Part shown: positions 22,107 to 33,095 of the stretch, piece by piece | How positions within the stretch are numbered: position 1 is the stretch's first letter | Layout: each line of letters begins with the position of its first letter | Notes under the pieces: generated by a model | The model's input: only the letters and a program-made list of their open reading frames with translations | The model's database searches: none | Told to the model about the DNA's origin: nothing | Translations under genes and position numbers: made by a program | NCBI GenBank assembly: GCA_003696645.1 | Contig: RFGN01000038.1 | Location: 1-34,562, forward strand | Origin: Gammaproteobacteria bacterium | GTDB taxonomy: Bacteria; Pseudomonadota; Gammaproteobacteria; J025 | DNA: 34,562 nucleotides | Reading direction: 5' to 3'

Positions 22107-22807
22107 TCCCGTCTGGCAGGATGAAACAGCCTCACGGAACGATCCTTGAAAAACGGAATCAGAATCATGCCAGCTACAAATCCACCGATATGCGCCATGA
22201 AGGCCACCCCACCCACATCATCCTTTCCTGCAGCCATCGACGAATTGAACAGCTGCAGCAAAAACCAGAAGCCCAGCACAAACATGGCCGGAAGGCGCAC
22301 AGCCTGAGAAAAGATTCCCAACGGAATCAGCACCAGAACACGGGCATAGGGATACAGTAAAAGATAGGCCCCCAATACCCCTGAGATGGCCCCACTTGCA
22401 CCAATCATGGGGATGGTCGAGGCTGGATTCATCAGGGCCTGCGACAGGGCCGCGACGATACCACAGATCAGATAGAACACGATAAACCGTGCATGCCCCA
22501 TACTGTCTTCAACATTATTGCCGAATATCCACAGGTACAGCATATTGCCGAGCAGATGCATCCAGCCACCATGCAGGAACATGGAGCTGATTACTGTCAG
22601 CGAGGGAGGAAGCACCTCCAATTCAGGGGGTAATTGAGCACCTTGTAGCAACACGGCCGGGATCATGCCCAGTGAATAGATGATCTGCTGGCTGCCCCTT
22701 TCACCACCCATCAGTTCCATGACGAAAAACAGACTGCACAACCCAATCAATGCCACGGTGACAATAGGTTGAATCCGGGTCGGGTTGTCATCATGCAGAG
22801 GGATCAT
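22103..22807 (-). CDS. rhomboid-family intramembrane serine protease
   Basis: MIPLHDDNP N-terminus, SMFLHGGW.HL.GNML.LWIFG.NVED, IGASGAI, AHIGGF. Confidence 0.93.
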   Translation of the reverse strand: MIPLHDDNPTRIQPIVTVALIGLCSLFFVMELMGGERGSQQIIYSLGMIPAVLLQGAQLPPELEVLPPSLTVISSMFLHGGWMHLLGNMLYLWIFGNNVEDSMGHARFIVFYLICGIVAALSQALMNPASTIPMIGASGAISGVLGAYLLLYPYARVLVLIPLGIFSQAVRLPAMFVLGFWFLLQLFNSSMAAGKDDVGGVAFMAHIGGFVAGMILIPFFKDRSVRLFHPARRD

Positions 22808-22851
22808 TCGGTCAGTGTTTGTCTGTCAAATGTTGATTGAAATCTATAAGA

Positions 22852-23430
22852 TCAGAAGTGATAATTCACGTTAAAACCGATACTGCTTCCATCAAACTTT
22901 TTTTTGATCGTTCCATCGGAGTATAACCAGAACACTGGAGAATCATAGGTTATATTTTCATATCTGATTCCAGCAGACAGGAAATCATGACTGAAAAAAT
23001 CGAATTGAAGCAAAAATCCCAGAGCGTTATCAAACTTGACACGATTATTTGAGATATCCAATTTCTCTTCATACACTGGATTGATGTGATAACTGACACC
23101 TGCACCAAGACGAAAACTCTGAAATGAATAGAACGTCAGCAATTCTGCTGGATAACGTGTAAACCAGACATCTCCATTCGATGCATTTACGGTATCAAAC
23201 TTATAGCCGATAGCTGCCTGAACCGTAGCCGGGTTGTCACTCAAAAGCACCCTTCCATAGTAAAGTGATGCATCCTCTCCTGCATTGAGTTCATCAGCTC
23301 CCGCCGACCCAAAATTATCACCACCATAAGACAATCCCAGGCCCACAAGATTCTTTTTTTTATCAAAATTCACAGCCGATGCCGATCCGGCACATAAAAA
23401 CAGGCACAATATAAAAATGATTTTTTTCAT
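22852..23430 (-). CDS. outer membrane beta-barrel protein (small, probably 8-stranded)
   Basis: MKKII signal peptide ending ASA, alternating aromatic beta-strands, C-terminal GFNVNYHF beta-signal; RBS GAGGG before ATG 23430. Confidence 0.75.
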   Translation of the reverse strand: MKKIIFILCLFLCAGSASAVNFDKKKNLVGLGLSYGGDNFGSAGADELNAGEDASLYYGRVLLSDNPATVQAAIGYKFDTVNASNGDVWFTRYPAELLTFYSFQSFRLGAGVSYHINPVYEEKLDISNNRVKFDNALGFLLQFDFFSHDFLSAGIRYENITYDSPVFWLYSDGTIKKKFDGSSIGFNVNYHF

Positions 23431-23543
23431 GTTTTCCCTCTTGTTGCATAAAATCATATTAACCGGATTCATCAGCCATTAAAGAGATCGCCGAGTATAT
23501 CGTTCCCGGTTCGTTTTATCACAATATACAAGAAGCTCTTATC

Positions 23544-23831
23544 ATGATTAAAAATATTTCAATTATTGCGTCAGTTTTATTGCTTTCCTCCTGTGGGACA
23601 CTATCGAATCAGAGCAAGATTGATCCGATTCCATACGGAGGAATAAAAGAATCATTGGAGAATATTGGCGGAGTCAATGATCCGTTCTCAGCAGCAATCA
23701 TGATTATTGACATCCCATTAAGCCTCGTAGGCGACACAATCATGCTATATTCGGATATAAAAGAAGGTGATATTCATCGTTACAAGACCGAAGGGAGCCA
23801 TACACCATCCGCCCCATCTACCAATCCATGA
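23544..23831 (+). CDS. YceK/YidQ (DUF1375) family lipoprotein
   Basis: Lipobox LSSC(17)GT, PYGG and DIPLSLVGDTIML signature. Confidence 0.8.
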   Translation: MIKNISIIASVLLLSSCGTLSNQSKIDPIPYGGIKESLENIGGVNDPFSAAIMIIDIPLSLVGDTIMLYSDIKEGDIHRYKTEGSHTPSAPSTNP

Positions 23832-24010
23832 AAATACCAGAATATATACAGGTCCATCTTGACAAGCACCCTGATGCAAAGGGAATTTTCAATAGGCTAT
23901 CCCCTTCTCACAAGAAGGAATATATAAAATGGGTTTCAGAGGCCAGGGCCGACGATACGCAAAAACGCAGGCTGGAAGGGATGATTGAAATGCTGTTGAA
24001 GAGCCCATAA
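23828..24010 (+). CDS. YdeI/OmpD-associated domain protein
   Basis: IPE..L..A...F..LSPSHKKEYI.W..EA...TQ.RR pattern; ATGA overlap with the lipoprotein gene. Confidence 0.75.
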   Translation: MKIPEYIQVHLDKHPDAKGIFNRLSPSHKKEYIKWVSEARADDTQKRRLEGMIEMLLKSP

Positions 24011-24038
24011 CAAAGATATCACCCCATCCAGAAGGAAG

Positions 24039-24114
24039 TGGTGCCGGAAAGAGGAATCGAACCTCCGACCTACTGGTTACGAATCAGTTGCTCTACCGAC
24101 TGAGCTATTCCGGC
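24039..24114 (-). tRNA. tRNA-Thr (anticodon CGT)
   Basis: GCCGGAATAGCTCAGTCGGTAGAGCAACTGATTCGTAACCAGTAGGTCGGAGGTTCGATTCCTCTTTCCGGCACCA, 76 nt, with acceptor stem, D arm, TTCGA loop and encoded CCA. Confidence 0.96.
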
Positions 24115-24128
24115 ACAAACAGCAGTGC

Positions 24129-24157
24129 AGTATAAAAAAACTGTCCATTTTGAACAA
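24129..24157 (-). promoter_or_regulatory. probable sigma70 promoter of tRNA-Thr
   Basis: TTGTTC-N17-TATACT on the minus strand, 14 nt upstream of the mature 5' end. Confidence 0.55.
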
Positions 24158-24233
24158 CCCTTGCAGGACGCAAGAATACCTTTTTTTTTCGGTTTCTGTT
24201 ACCCTGTTCGGTTTTGACTTCAAACAGGACGAA

Positions 24234-25463
24234 GTGAATCCACGGTTACAGTGCCTGCAGCCCTACCCTTTTGAAAAGATGGCCAGCTTGCTGGAAGGTA
24301 TCGTTCCGCCAGCTGACAAGGCTGCAATTGCCCTGTCCATCGGGGAACCTTGTCATGCCGCTCCCAAACTGGCGTTCGAGGCCATGACTGCCTCCCTGTC
24401 CAGACTGGCGCATTATCCGGCCACCCGGGGGGATATCACCCTGCGTGAAACCATTGCAAACTGGCTGAATCAAAGATTTGGCCTGACCGATCAGCCGATT
24501 GATCCGCAGTCGCAGGTTCTGCCCGTCAATGGAACGCGCGAGGCCCTGTTTGCCATTGCCCAGTGCGTGATTGATCCTTCGAACAATGCCAAGGTACTTA
24601 CCGCCAACCCTTTCTATCAAATCTATGAAGGTGCGGCCCTTCTGGCCGGAGCGAAACCAGTTTATCTCAATCCTGCACCGGGGAAGCTTATCCCCGATTT
24701 TGAATGCATCTCCGATGCGCTCTGGCAAGACTGTCAACTGCTGTATATCTGCTCTCCAAACAACCCGACGGGAAGCTGCATTGATCTGGCAACCTTGCAG
24801 AAGCTGATAGAGAAGGCGCAACGGTTCAATTTTGTCATTGCCTCCGATGAATGCTATTCGGAGATCTATTTCGATGAGGATTGCCCGCCCCCAGGGCTGC
24901 TTCAGGCTGCCCAGGCAATCGGGCTGAAAAACTTCAGGAATTGCCTGGTCTTTCATAGCCTATCCAAACGTTCAAATTTGCCGGGCCTGCGTTCCGGTTT
25001 CGTTGCCGGAGATGGCGAGATCATGAAGGCCTTCTTTCAATACCGCACCTATCATGGCTGCGCAATGCCACCGGTAACGCAGGCAACCAGTATTGCCGCC
25101 TGGCAGGATGAAGAACATGTGAAGGCCAACCGTCAGCTTTATCGCGAGAAATTTTCGGCGGTACTGAATATCCTGAAACCGGTCATGTCGGTTTCATTAC
25201 CGGATGCCGGCTTCTATCTCTGGCCAGAGCTGGCCCTGGAAGCGAATATGGATGACAAACTGTTTGCACAAAGGCTTTACAGGGAAGAAAATATCAAGGT
25301 CGTTCCAGGTAGTTACCTGTCACGCGAAGTGAATGGCTGCAATCCGGGCCATAATCGTATCCGCATGGCACTGGTGGCCAAGCAGCAAGAATGTACCGAA
25401 GCGGCAAAACGAATCAGAAACTTTATTGTAAAACTGCAACAGGAAGGGCTATGGAAGAACTGA
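24234..25463 (+). CDS. dapC: N-succinyldiaminopimelate aminotransferase
   Basis: [12 protein letters not shown] start (GTG 24234), [40 protein letters not shown] lysine, YRTYHG. Confidence 0.93.
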   Translation: MNPRLQCLQPYPFEKMASLLEGIVPPADKAAIALSIGEPCHAAPKLAFEAMTASLSRLAHYPATRGDITLRETIANWLNQRFGLTDQPIDPQSQVLPVNGTREALFAIAQCVIDPSNNAKVLTANPFYQIYEGAALLAGAKPVYLNPAPGKLIPDFECISDALWQDCQLLYICSPNNPTGSCIDLATLQKLIEKAQRFNFVIASDECYSEIYFDEDCPPPGLLQAAQAIGLKNFRNCLVFHSLSKRSNLPGLRSGFVAGDGEIMKAFFQYRTYHGCAMPPVTQATSIAAWQDEEHVKANRQLYREKFSAVLNILKPVMSVSLPDAGFYLWPELALEANMDDKLFAQRLYREENIKVVPGSYLSREVNGCNPGHNRIRMALVAKQQECTEAAKRIRNFIVKLQQEGLWKN

Positions 25464-26272
25464 AACCCGTTATCGAAGAGGCATTTGAACGTCGCGCAGA
25501 GATCACTCCGAGAAACGTCGACACACTGATCAGAGAGGCCGTGGATGAAGCCATCAACAGGATCGATCAGGGCACCCTGCGTGTAGCCGAGAAGCAGAAT
25601 GGGGAATGGGTCGTGCATCAATGGCTGAAAAAGGCAGTACTGCTGTCGTTTCGCATTCACGATAATGTGCCAATCCGTGGAGGCTTTACCGATTATTATG
25701 ACAAGGTGCCTTCCAAGTACGCCGATTACAGTTCTCGTGATTTTCGCGAAAGCGGTGTTCGTGTCGTACCTCCGGCAGCGGTCAGACATGGCTCCTATAT
25801 TGCACCGAGTGTGGTGTTGATGCCTTCCTATGTCAATATTGGCGCCTACGTTGACAGTGGCACGATGGTGGATACCTGGGCCACAGTCGGTTCCTGCGCC
25901 CAGATTGGCAAGAATGTACATCTTTCAGGCGGTGTCGGGATTGGTGGCGTTCTGGAGCCCTTGCAGGCCAACCCGACCATTATCGAGGACAACTGTTTCA
26001 TCGGCGCCCGTTCAGAGATCGTCGAAGGCGTGATTGTCGAGGAAGGGGCCGTGATTTCCATGGGAGTATACATCGGCCAAAGCACCAAGATCTATAATCG
26101 AGAGACCGGTGAGATCACCTACGGAAAGGTCCCTGCCGGGGCAGTCGTGGTGCCAGGCAACCTGCCTTCCAAAGATGGAAAATACAGCCTTTATTGTGCT
26201 GTGATTGTGAAGCAGGTGGACGAAAAAACCCGCGGCAAGGTGGGCATCAACGAATTGCTGCGAGATATCTAG
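25451..26272 (+). CDS. dapD: tetrahydrodipicolinate N-succinyltransferase
   Basis: [48 protein letters not shown]; ATG 25451 with RBS AGGAAGG. Confidence 0.98.
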   Translation: MEELKPVIEEAFERRAEITPRNVDTLIREAVDEAINRIDQGTLRVAEKQNGEWVVHQWLKKAVLLSFRIHDNVPIRGGFTDYYDKVPSKYADYSSRDFRESGVRVVPPAAVRHGSYIAPSVVLMPSYVNIGAYVDSGTMVDTWATVGSCAQIGKNVHLSGGVGIGGVLEPLQANPTIIEDNCFIGARSEIVEGVIVEEGAVISMGVYIGQSTKIYNRETGEITYGKVPAGAVVVPGNLPSKDGKYSLYCAVIVKQVDEKTRGKVGINELLRDI

Positions 26273-27412
<1,140 letters not shown>

Positions 27413-27421
27413 ACTGCAATC

Positions 27422-28570
27422 ATGCCTGAGACAATCCCGAACAATTCGGTAGGACTGGTCAAGGCCGAGACCGCTCATTTTGATGAGCCCCTGCAGCTCA
27501 ACTGTGGCAAGACCATTCCTCGTTACAAGCTGATATACGAGACCTATGGCACGCTGAACAAAACAGGCGATAATGCCATCCTGATCTGTCATGCCCTCTC
27601 CAGTGATCATCATGCAGCGGGTTATCATTCCATGCAGGATCGTAAACCGGGGTGGTGGGAGACCTGCATCGGACCCGGCAAACCAATTGACACCAACCGT
27701 TTTTTTGTGGTCTGCTCCAACAACCTTGGAGGATGCAAGGGATCTACCGGTCCAATGAGTATCAATCCAGAAACCGGTAACCCCTACGGTCCCGATTTTC
27801 CGATTGTTACGGTCAAGGACTGGGTTATCACTCAGGCCAAGCTGGCCGATCACCTTGGGATTGACTGCTGGGCAGCGGTCATTGGTGGCAGTCTGGGGGG
27901 CATGCAGGCCCTGCAATGGGCCATCGACCTGCCGGACAGGCTCAGACACTGTGTCGTCATTGCTGCCGCTCCAAAACTATCTGCCCAGAATATTGCTTTC
28001 AATGAGATTGCCCGTCAGGCAATCATGTCCGACCCAAATTTTTACCATGGTCATTATTACAATTTCAATGCAGTGCCCCGCCAGGGACTGATGCTCGCCA
28101 GGATGTTGGGACATGTCACCTATCTCTCGGATGACGCCATGCGTTCCAAGTTTGGCCGCGACCTCAGAGAAGGAAAACTGAATTTCAATTTTGATGTCGA
28201 ATTTCAGGTGGAAAGTTATCTGCGTTATCAGGGTCGGTCCTTTGTCGACCGTTTTGATGCCAACACCTACCTGTTGATGACCAAGGCGTTGGACTATTTC
28301 GATCCGGCTGCCGATTTTGGCGATGACCTGTCCAGAGCCCTGGAGCATGTCAAGGCCAAGTTTTTCATTGCCTCATTCACTTCCGACTGGCGTTTTTCAC
28401 CAGAACGTTCCTATGAGATTGTACAGGCACTGCTCAATGTCAAAAAGGATGTCAGCTATGCCAAGATCAAGGCCGACCAGGGACATGATGCCTTTCTTCT
28501 TCCCATCCCGGATTATCTGGATGCACTGAATGCCTATATGCATCGTATTGACAAGGATGTCTCCTCATGA
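27422..28570 (+). CDS. metX: homoserine O-acyltransferase MetX (succinyl- or acetyltransferase)
   Basis: [23 protein letters not shown] nucleophile, RFDANTY, GHDAFL. Confidence 0.96.
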   Translation: MPETIPNNSVGLVKAETAHFDEPLQLNCGKTIPRYKLIYETYGTLNKTGDNAILICHALSSDHHAAGYHSMQDRKPGWWETCIGPGKPIDTNRFFVVCSNNLGGCKGSTGPMSINPETGNPYGPDFPIVTVKDWVITQAKLADHLGIDCWAAVIGGSLGGMQALQWAIDLPDRLRHCVVIAAAPKLSAQNIAFNEIARQAIMSDPNFYHGHYYNFNAVPRQGLMLARMLGHVTYLSDDAMRSKFGRDLREGKLNFNFDVEFQVESYLRYQGRSFVDRFDANTYLLMTKALDYFDPAADFGDDLSRALEHVKAKFFIASFTSDWRFSPERSYEIVQALLNVKKDVSYAKIKADQGHDAFLLPIPDYLDALNAYMHRIDKDVSS

Positions 28571-29169
28571 GAGCAGATCTGAATACCCTTGAGCGATGGA
28601 TACAACCCGAATCCTCGATCCTGGATCTGGGCTGCGGCGACGGTACGTTACTGGCGCATCTGCAAAAGCAATCCGGAATCAGGGGTTACGGTATCGAGAT
28701 CAACATACACAAGGTGATAAAGAGTATCGAGGCGGGTATCAATGTGATTCAAACCGATATTGCTACCGGACTATCAAACTTCAGGGACGGGAGCTTTGAT
28801 TATGTCATCATGACACACACACTGCAGGCCGTTCATCATCCGGACAAGTTGTTAAAGGAGATGCTGAGGGTAGGACGGAAAAGCATAGTCACCTTCCCCA
28901 ATTTTGGGCATTGGCGTTGTCGTTTGCAGATTGCTCTGCTGGGGCAGATGCCCGTCACCCGGCATCTGCCCGAAACGTGGTACGAAACCAGCAATATCCA
29001 CAATTTTACATTGAAGGATTTCGAAAAACTGTGCAGCTCGCTCGATATCGCCATTACCCGGAAAACCGTGGTGGATTATGCGCACAAGGGGGGTGTCCTT
29101 TGCCGGCTCTTTCCCAATACCTTTGGTGAGCTGGCTATCTACGAGCTGGTCCCTTCCTCCTCAATCTGA
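28567..29169 (+). CDS. metW: methionine biosynthesis protein MetW
   Basis: [30 protein letters not shown]; ATGA overlap with metX. Confidence 0.95.
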   Translation: MRADLNTLERWIQPESSILDLGCGDGTLLAHLQKQSGIRGYGIEINIHKVIKSIEAGINVIQTDIATGLSNFRDGSFDYVIMTHTLQAVHHPDKLLKEMLRVGRKSIVTFPNFGHWRCRLQIALLGQMPVTRHLPETWYETSNIHNFTLKDFEKLCSSLDIAITRKTVVDYAHKGGVLCRLFPNTFGELAIYELVPSSSI

Positions 29170-29495
29170 TCAGGAATGGGGCAAGGTTCAAGCAACAATG
29201 ACTCCAGATTGCTTAACCTTGCCAGCGCACGCAATTGCTCTGGAACCTTGCTGTAACACAGGTTGATTCGCCTACGGGTTGCCCTGGCCTTCCATTCCAC
29301 AAGCAGTGCCAGACATGCGCTGTCCCATTTCTCCAGCCGATCCAGTCGAATCTCCAGAACGGCCTGACCTTCAGCATTGAGGCGGAAGGGCAATTCCACG
29401 TGCTCCAGACTCTTTACCGTAGCAAAGGTTGCACTGCCTTCCAGAGAGGCCAATCCATCCTGGAGTACGTTGAATTTGAGGTCTGTATCACTCAA
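29139..29495 (-). CDS. mlaB: STAS-domain protein MlaB
   Basis: L.G..TFATV, DSACLALLVEW, P.QL.ALARLSNL; last gene of mlaFEDC. Start uncertain; TTG 29495 chosen. Confidence 0.82.
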   Translation of the reverse strand: MSDTDLKFNVLQDGLASLEGSATFATVKSLEHVELPFRLNAEGQAVLEIRLDRLEKWDSACLALLVEWKARATRRRINLCYSKVPEQLRALARLSNLESLLLEPCPIPDQIEEEGTSS

Positions 29496-29499
29496 TGTA

Positions 29500-30168
29500 T
29501 CAACCCTTTGAAGATTTTTCGGGTTCCTCCTGGTTGCGTTGATGCAGGGATTCAATCAGCCCGGTGATACCCTGCTGACGAATCTCCCTTGAGAACGTGG
29601 TCCGATAACTGGCTATCAGACTGACATCCTCGATACTGATATCGAACACACGCCATTGATTATTGCTGAGATATAACCGGTAATTGATGGAAACCGGTTT
29701 GGGACTGCTCTTCAGGTTGACCTCACTGCGGACGATGGCCTGCCTATCCCCAGGGACCAGTTTACCAGGAAGAAATTCTATTTCAGCATCAATATATTTC
29801 AGCAGGGCAGTGGCATAGGTGCGCAACAGCAGGTCCTGAAACTCCCGGGCAAAGGCCATCCTCTGTTCTCGAGTCGCTCGCCTCCAGTGTTTCCCCAGGG
29901 CCCATTGGGCCATGCGCACACGATCGATATAGGGAAAGATTTCGTCTCGGATAATCTTCTTGAGGCCTTCCGGATTCTCCTCAAGCATGGAACGATCCCG
30001 CCTGATCTTTTCGAGGGTACGTTTAGAGACCACCTCCAGCATCTTGGTAGGGTTGTCAGTGTTTACCCCATCGGCCTGTGAATAGGTGATGGGAATCAAC
30101 GTGAAAGACAGGATCAGACCCAACAGGCCCGAAAACCATAATCGTGCAAATCCTGGAAAGATCATCAT
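29500..30168 (-). CDS. mlaC: periplasmic phospholipid-binding protein MlaC
   Basis: Signal peptide, ALGKHWR.AT.EQR..F, W.VFDI.IE.VSL..YR..F. Confidence 0.93.
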   Translation of the reverse strand: MMIFPGFARLWFSGLLGLILSFTLIPITYSQADGVNTDNPTKMLEVVSKRTLEKIRRDRSMLEENPEGLKKIIRDEIFPYIDRVRMAQWALGKHWRRATREQRMAFAREFQDLLLRTYATALLKYIDAEIEFLPGKLVPGDRQAIVRSEVNLKSSPKPVSINYRLYLSNNQWRVFDISIEDVSLIASYRTTFSREIRQQGITGLIESLHQRNQEEPEKSSKG

Positions 30169-30632
30169 TTCTTGTCTGCCATATTGTATAAAAACTGGCT
30201 CAGAAGCTGTTCGATAATCAGAACAGACTGGGTCAGAGAGATTTCACCTCTGTCCTTGAGATACTCAAACGCACTGCCCGGCTCGAGGCTGATATATTGT
30301 TCCCCCAGAAGACCTGCAGAAAAAATGGAGGCCGAAGTATCGACGGGCAATTTGTTATATTGCTTGTAGATTCTCAATGTGACCACAGCCTCATAGCGTT
30401 CCTGATCGAACTGGATATCGGCAACCTGACCAATCTTGACCCCGCCCATCTTGACGGGTGAACGGACCTTGAGCCCTCCGATATTCTCGAATCGGGCGGT
30501 CAGGTTATAGGTGTCATCTTCTGAACTCAGGAATACCGGCTCGCTGACGCGAAAGGCCAGCACAAGCAGGGCAGCCATGCCGAAGGCCATGAACAGGCCC
30601 ACCATGACCTCGATATAGATATTGTTTCTCAT
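30165..30632 (-). CDS. mlaD: MCE-domain protein MlaD
   Basis: E..VGLF TM segment, ARFENIGGLKVRSPV..GGV.IG.V, GLLGEQYI.LEPG. Confidence 0.95.
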   Translation of the reverse strand: MRNNIYIEVMVGLFMAFGMAALLVLAFRVSEPVFLSSEDDTYNLTARFENIGGLKVRSPVKMGGVKIGQVADIQFDQERYEAVVTLRIYKQYNKLPVDTSASIFSAGLLGEQYISLEPGSAFEYLKDRGEISLTQSVLIIEQLLSQFLYNMADKK

Positions 30633-31423
30633 TAATTGCCTCCAAACATTAATGCCGTCAACAGAAAATCCAGTGCCAGGACAGCAAAGGCAGAATAGAC
30701 AACCGTACGGGTGGTAGCCAGGCTCACCCCCTCGATCGTTGCCGGGGCATACATCCCTTCATAGACGGCCAGCCAGGTCACTGCAAATGCAAACACCATA
30801 CTTTTTATAATGCCATTCATGATATCTTCGGAAAAATCTACATTGGCCTGCATCTGCGACCAAAAGGCCCCCGAATCCACCCCCAGTGTAATCACACCAA
30901 TCAGGTAACCCCCGAAGATTCCGACAGCACTGAATATGACAGAAAGAACTGGCAGAGAAACCAGCCCTGCAATAAATCTCGGTACAACAACTCGTTTGAC
31001 TGGATCCACCGCCAGCATCTCCATGCTGGCTATCTGTTCGGTAGCCCCCATCAGACCCAACTCTGCCGTCATCGCAGACCCGGCCCTACCTGCAAACAAA
31101 AGCGCTGCAACGACCGGTCCCAATTCACGTACCAGAGCCAGGGCCACGACCTGTCCAAGAGACATCTCGGCACCAAAATCAACCAGTGTATTGTACATCT
31201 GCAGCCCCAATACCATGCCGACATTCAAGGCCGAGACCACAATGATGGCAAGTGACAGGACCCCAACCATATACAGCTGTCGAACCAGCAAGGCGGGATG
31301 ATGGACAATGGTCGGGGACGAAAGCAATACCTGAAACAGAAATACGCCACTCTGACCCAGCCGCCGGATGAATTCAATGCCGGATCGGCCCAACCGTTGC
31401 AGAAAAAGAATCAGTTTCATCAA
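30632..31423 (-). CDS. mlaE: ABC transporter permease MlaE
   Basis: [40 protein letters not shown]. Start TTG 31423 or ATG 31420. Confidence 0.96.
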   Translation of the reverse strand: MMKLILFLQRLGRSGIEFIRRLGQSGVFLFQVLLSSPTIVHHPALLVRQLYMVGVLSLAIIVVSALNVGMVLGLQMYNTLVDFGAEMSLGQVVALALVRELGPVVAALLFAGRAGSAMTAELGLMGATEQIASMEMLAVDPVKRVVVPRFIAGLVSLPVLSVIFSAVGIFGGYLIGVITLGVDSGAFWSQMQANVDFSEDIMNGIIKSMVFAFAVTWLAVYEGMYAPATIEGVSLATTRTVVYSAFAVLALDFLLTALMFGGN

Positions 31424-31435
31424 GGATATTCCCTG

Positions 31436-32239
31436 CTAATTGGCCTTTACCCCGAGAAAATCTTCACGAAGATCCTTTGAAGGGTATTCATAGGGAAGTG
31501 GGCCATCCGGCAAACCCTTGAGAAACTGCCTGGTCAGTTCAGAGCGGGACTGAAACACAGCCTCTGGAATACCGTGATCCACGATCTTCCCGCCTGCAGT
31601 GATATATAGATAGTCCGAGATCTTGCAGGCCTCCTGGACATCGTGTGATACGATGATACTTGTCAAACCCAGGTGCTTGTTGAGCTTGTGGATCAGTTCC
31701 ATCAGAACCCCTGCAGTGATCGGATCCTGCCCTACAAAGGGCTCGTCGTACATGACCATTTCCGGGTCCAGTGCAATGGCCCTTGCAAGGGCCACGCGGC
31801 GTGACATCCCTCCTGACAGCTCCGAGGGCATCAGTGCATGGGCACCTCTCAGACCAACGGCCTCAAGCTTCATCATCACCACATGGCGAATCAGTTTTTC
31901 CGAAAGTGCAGTATGCTCCCGTAACGGATAGGCGACATTCTCGAAGACGTTCAGATCCGTAAACAATGCACCAGACTGAAACAGCATTCCCATACGTTTT
32001 CTCATTTCATAAAGTCTGTCACGTGACAAGCGGGAGACCTCTTGCCCATCAACGACGATACTCCCGCATTTTGGACGCAATTGCCCACCTATTAGTCGTA
32101 GCAGAGTAGTCTTTCCTGTACCGCTGGGACCCATGATGGTCGTGATCTTACCGCGAGGGATATCGATATTGACTCTATCAAAGAGCTTGCGGTCACTATA
32201 TGCAAAGGTCAGATCACGAATGATGACATACTTGGGCAT
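31436..32239 (-). CDS. mlaF: ABC transporter ATP-binding protein MlaF
   Basis: GPSGTGKT, MGMLFQSGALF, PSELSGGM, YDEPFVGQDP, VSHD. Confidence 0.95.
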   Translation of the reverse strand: MPKYVIIRDLTFAYSDRKLFDRVNIDIPRGKITTIMGPSGTGKTTLLRLIGGQLRPKCGSIVVDGQEVSRLSRDRLYEMRKRMGMLFQSGALFTDLNVFENVAYPLREHTALSEKLIRHVVMMKLEAVGLRGAHALMPSELSGGMSRRVALARAIALDPEMVMYDEPFVGQDPITAGVLMELIHKLNKHLGLTSIIVSHDVQEACKISDYLYITAGGKIVDHGIPEAVFQSRSELTRQFLKGLPDGPLPYEYPSKDLREDFLGVKAN

Positions 32240-32255
32240 GGCGACAGTATATATA

Positions 32256-33095
32256 CTAGGATGCGTTCTTACCGCGACTGCAATAGATCTGACGATGGTT
32301 CAGTGCCGGCAGATTACTGCGAATGGCATTCTGACGTTCCAGACTGATATCTGCAGACACAAGTCCATTCCCGGTGGCAAACTGCACCATGACATTCCCC
32401 CAGGGATCCAGAATCATGCTGTTTCCATAGGTTTCACGCCCATCAGGATGCCGTCCGCCCTGTGCCGCCGCAATGACATAACACAGATTTTCAATGGCTC
32501 TCGCCCGTATCAGCGTCTTCCAGTGAGATCGACCGGTATAGGCTGTAAATGCCGAGGGCAGGGCAAGAATTTCCATGCCGTCATCAAGCATTTGCCGAAA
32601 CTGCTCCGGAAACCGGATATCATAACAAACCCCTACGCCCAATTTGCCGAAGGGCGTCGGGACAACCAGCGTCTCATCTCCAGATTCAATGGTCTCGGAC
32701 TCCTTGTAACATTCCTTTCCATCCTGCAATGTCACATCAAATAGATGAATCTTGTCATATCGTCCTGCTACCTCGCCAGCATCATTATAGACCAGGCAGG
32801 CTGCACGAACCCGGTTGGCATCCGATGATTCAAGAGGGATCGTTCCTCCAACGATCCATACCCCATATTTTGCTGACTGCTCTGCCAGAAAGTCCTGTAT
32901 TTTCCCCTGACCAAACTTTTCACGGACACGTACCTTATCGTGATCATTGTGACCAATGATGGCAAAATTCTCGGGCAGGACGATCAGCCGGGATCCCTCG
33001 GAAGCCGCTCTCTTTATGAATTCAGCCGCCACTCCGAGATTTTCTTCCACTTTTTCAGTAGAGACCATCTGTATCGCGCTTACTCGTGTTGTCAT
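32256..33095 (-). CDS. carbon-nitrogen hydrolase (Nit1-like amidase)
   Basis: LPENFA (Glu), YDKIHLFDV (Lys), VCYDIRFPE (Cys), RARAIEN; usual position after yhdP. Confidence 0.93.
   Translation of the reverse strand: MTTRVSAIQMVSTEKVEENLGVAAEFIKRAASEGSRLIVLPENFAIIGHNDHDKVRVREKFGQGKIQDFLAEQSAKYGVWIVGGTIPLESSDANRVRAACLVYNDAGEVAGRYDKIHLFDVTLQDGKECYKESETIESGDETLVVPTPFGKLGVGVCYDIRFPEQFRQMLDDGMEILALPSAFTAYTGRSHWKTLIRARAIENLCYVIAAAQGGRHPDGRETYGNSMILDPWGNVMVQFATGNGLVSADISLERQNAIRSNLPALNHRQIYCSRGKNAS

Noticed and set aside
22808-22860. att-like direct repeat of the tRNA-Thr 3' end bounding the islet
   Set aside because: No copy of TGGTGCCGGAAAG was found by eye and there is no integrase, so no mobile element is called.
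22898-23361. Two 8-nt homopolymer tracts in the OMP gene as phase-variation sites
   Set aside because: The runs are short, both lie in in-frame Lys-Lys-Lys stretches, and a similar 8-mer occurs in lpxB.
24150-24233. N-terminal extensions in the ORF track for dapC (also purA, hflC, hflK, lpxB, dapD, mlaB)
   Set aside because: Family-like sequence begins at downstream starts that have an RBS or stop-start coupling; the extensions overlap neighbouring genes or promoters.
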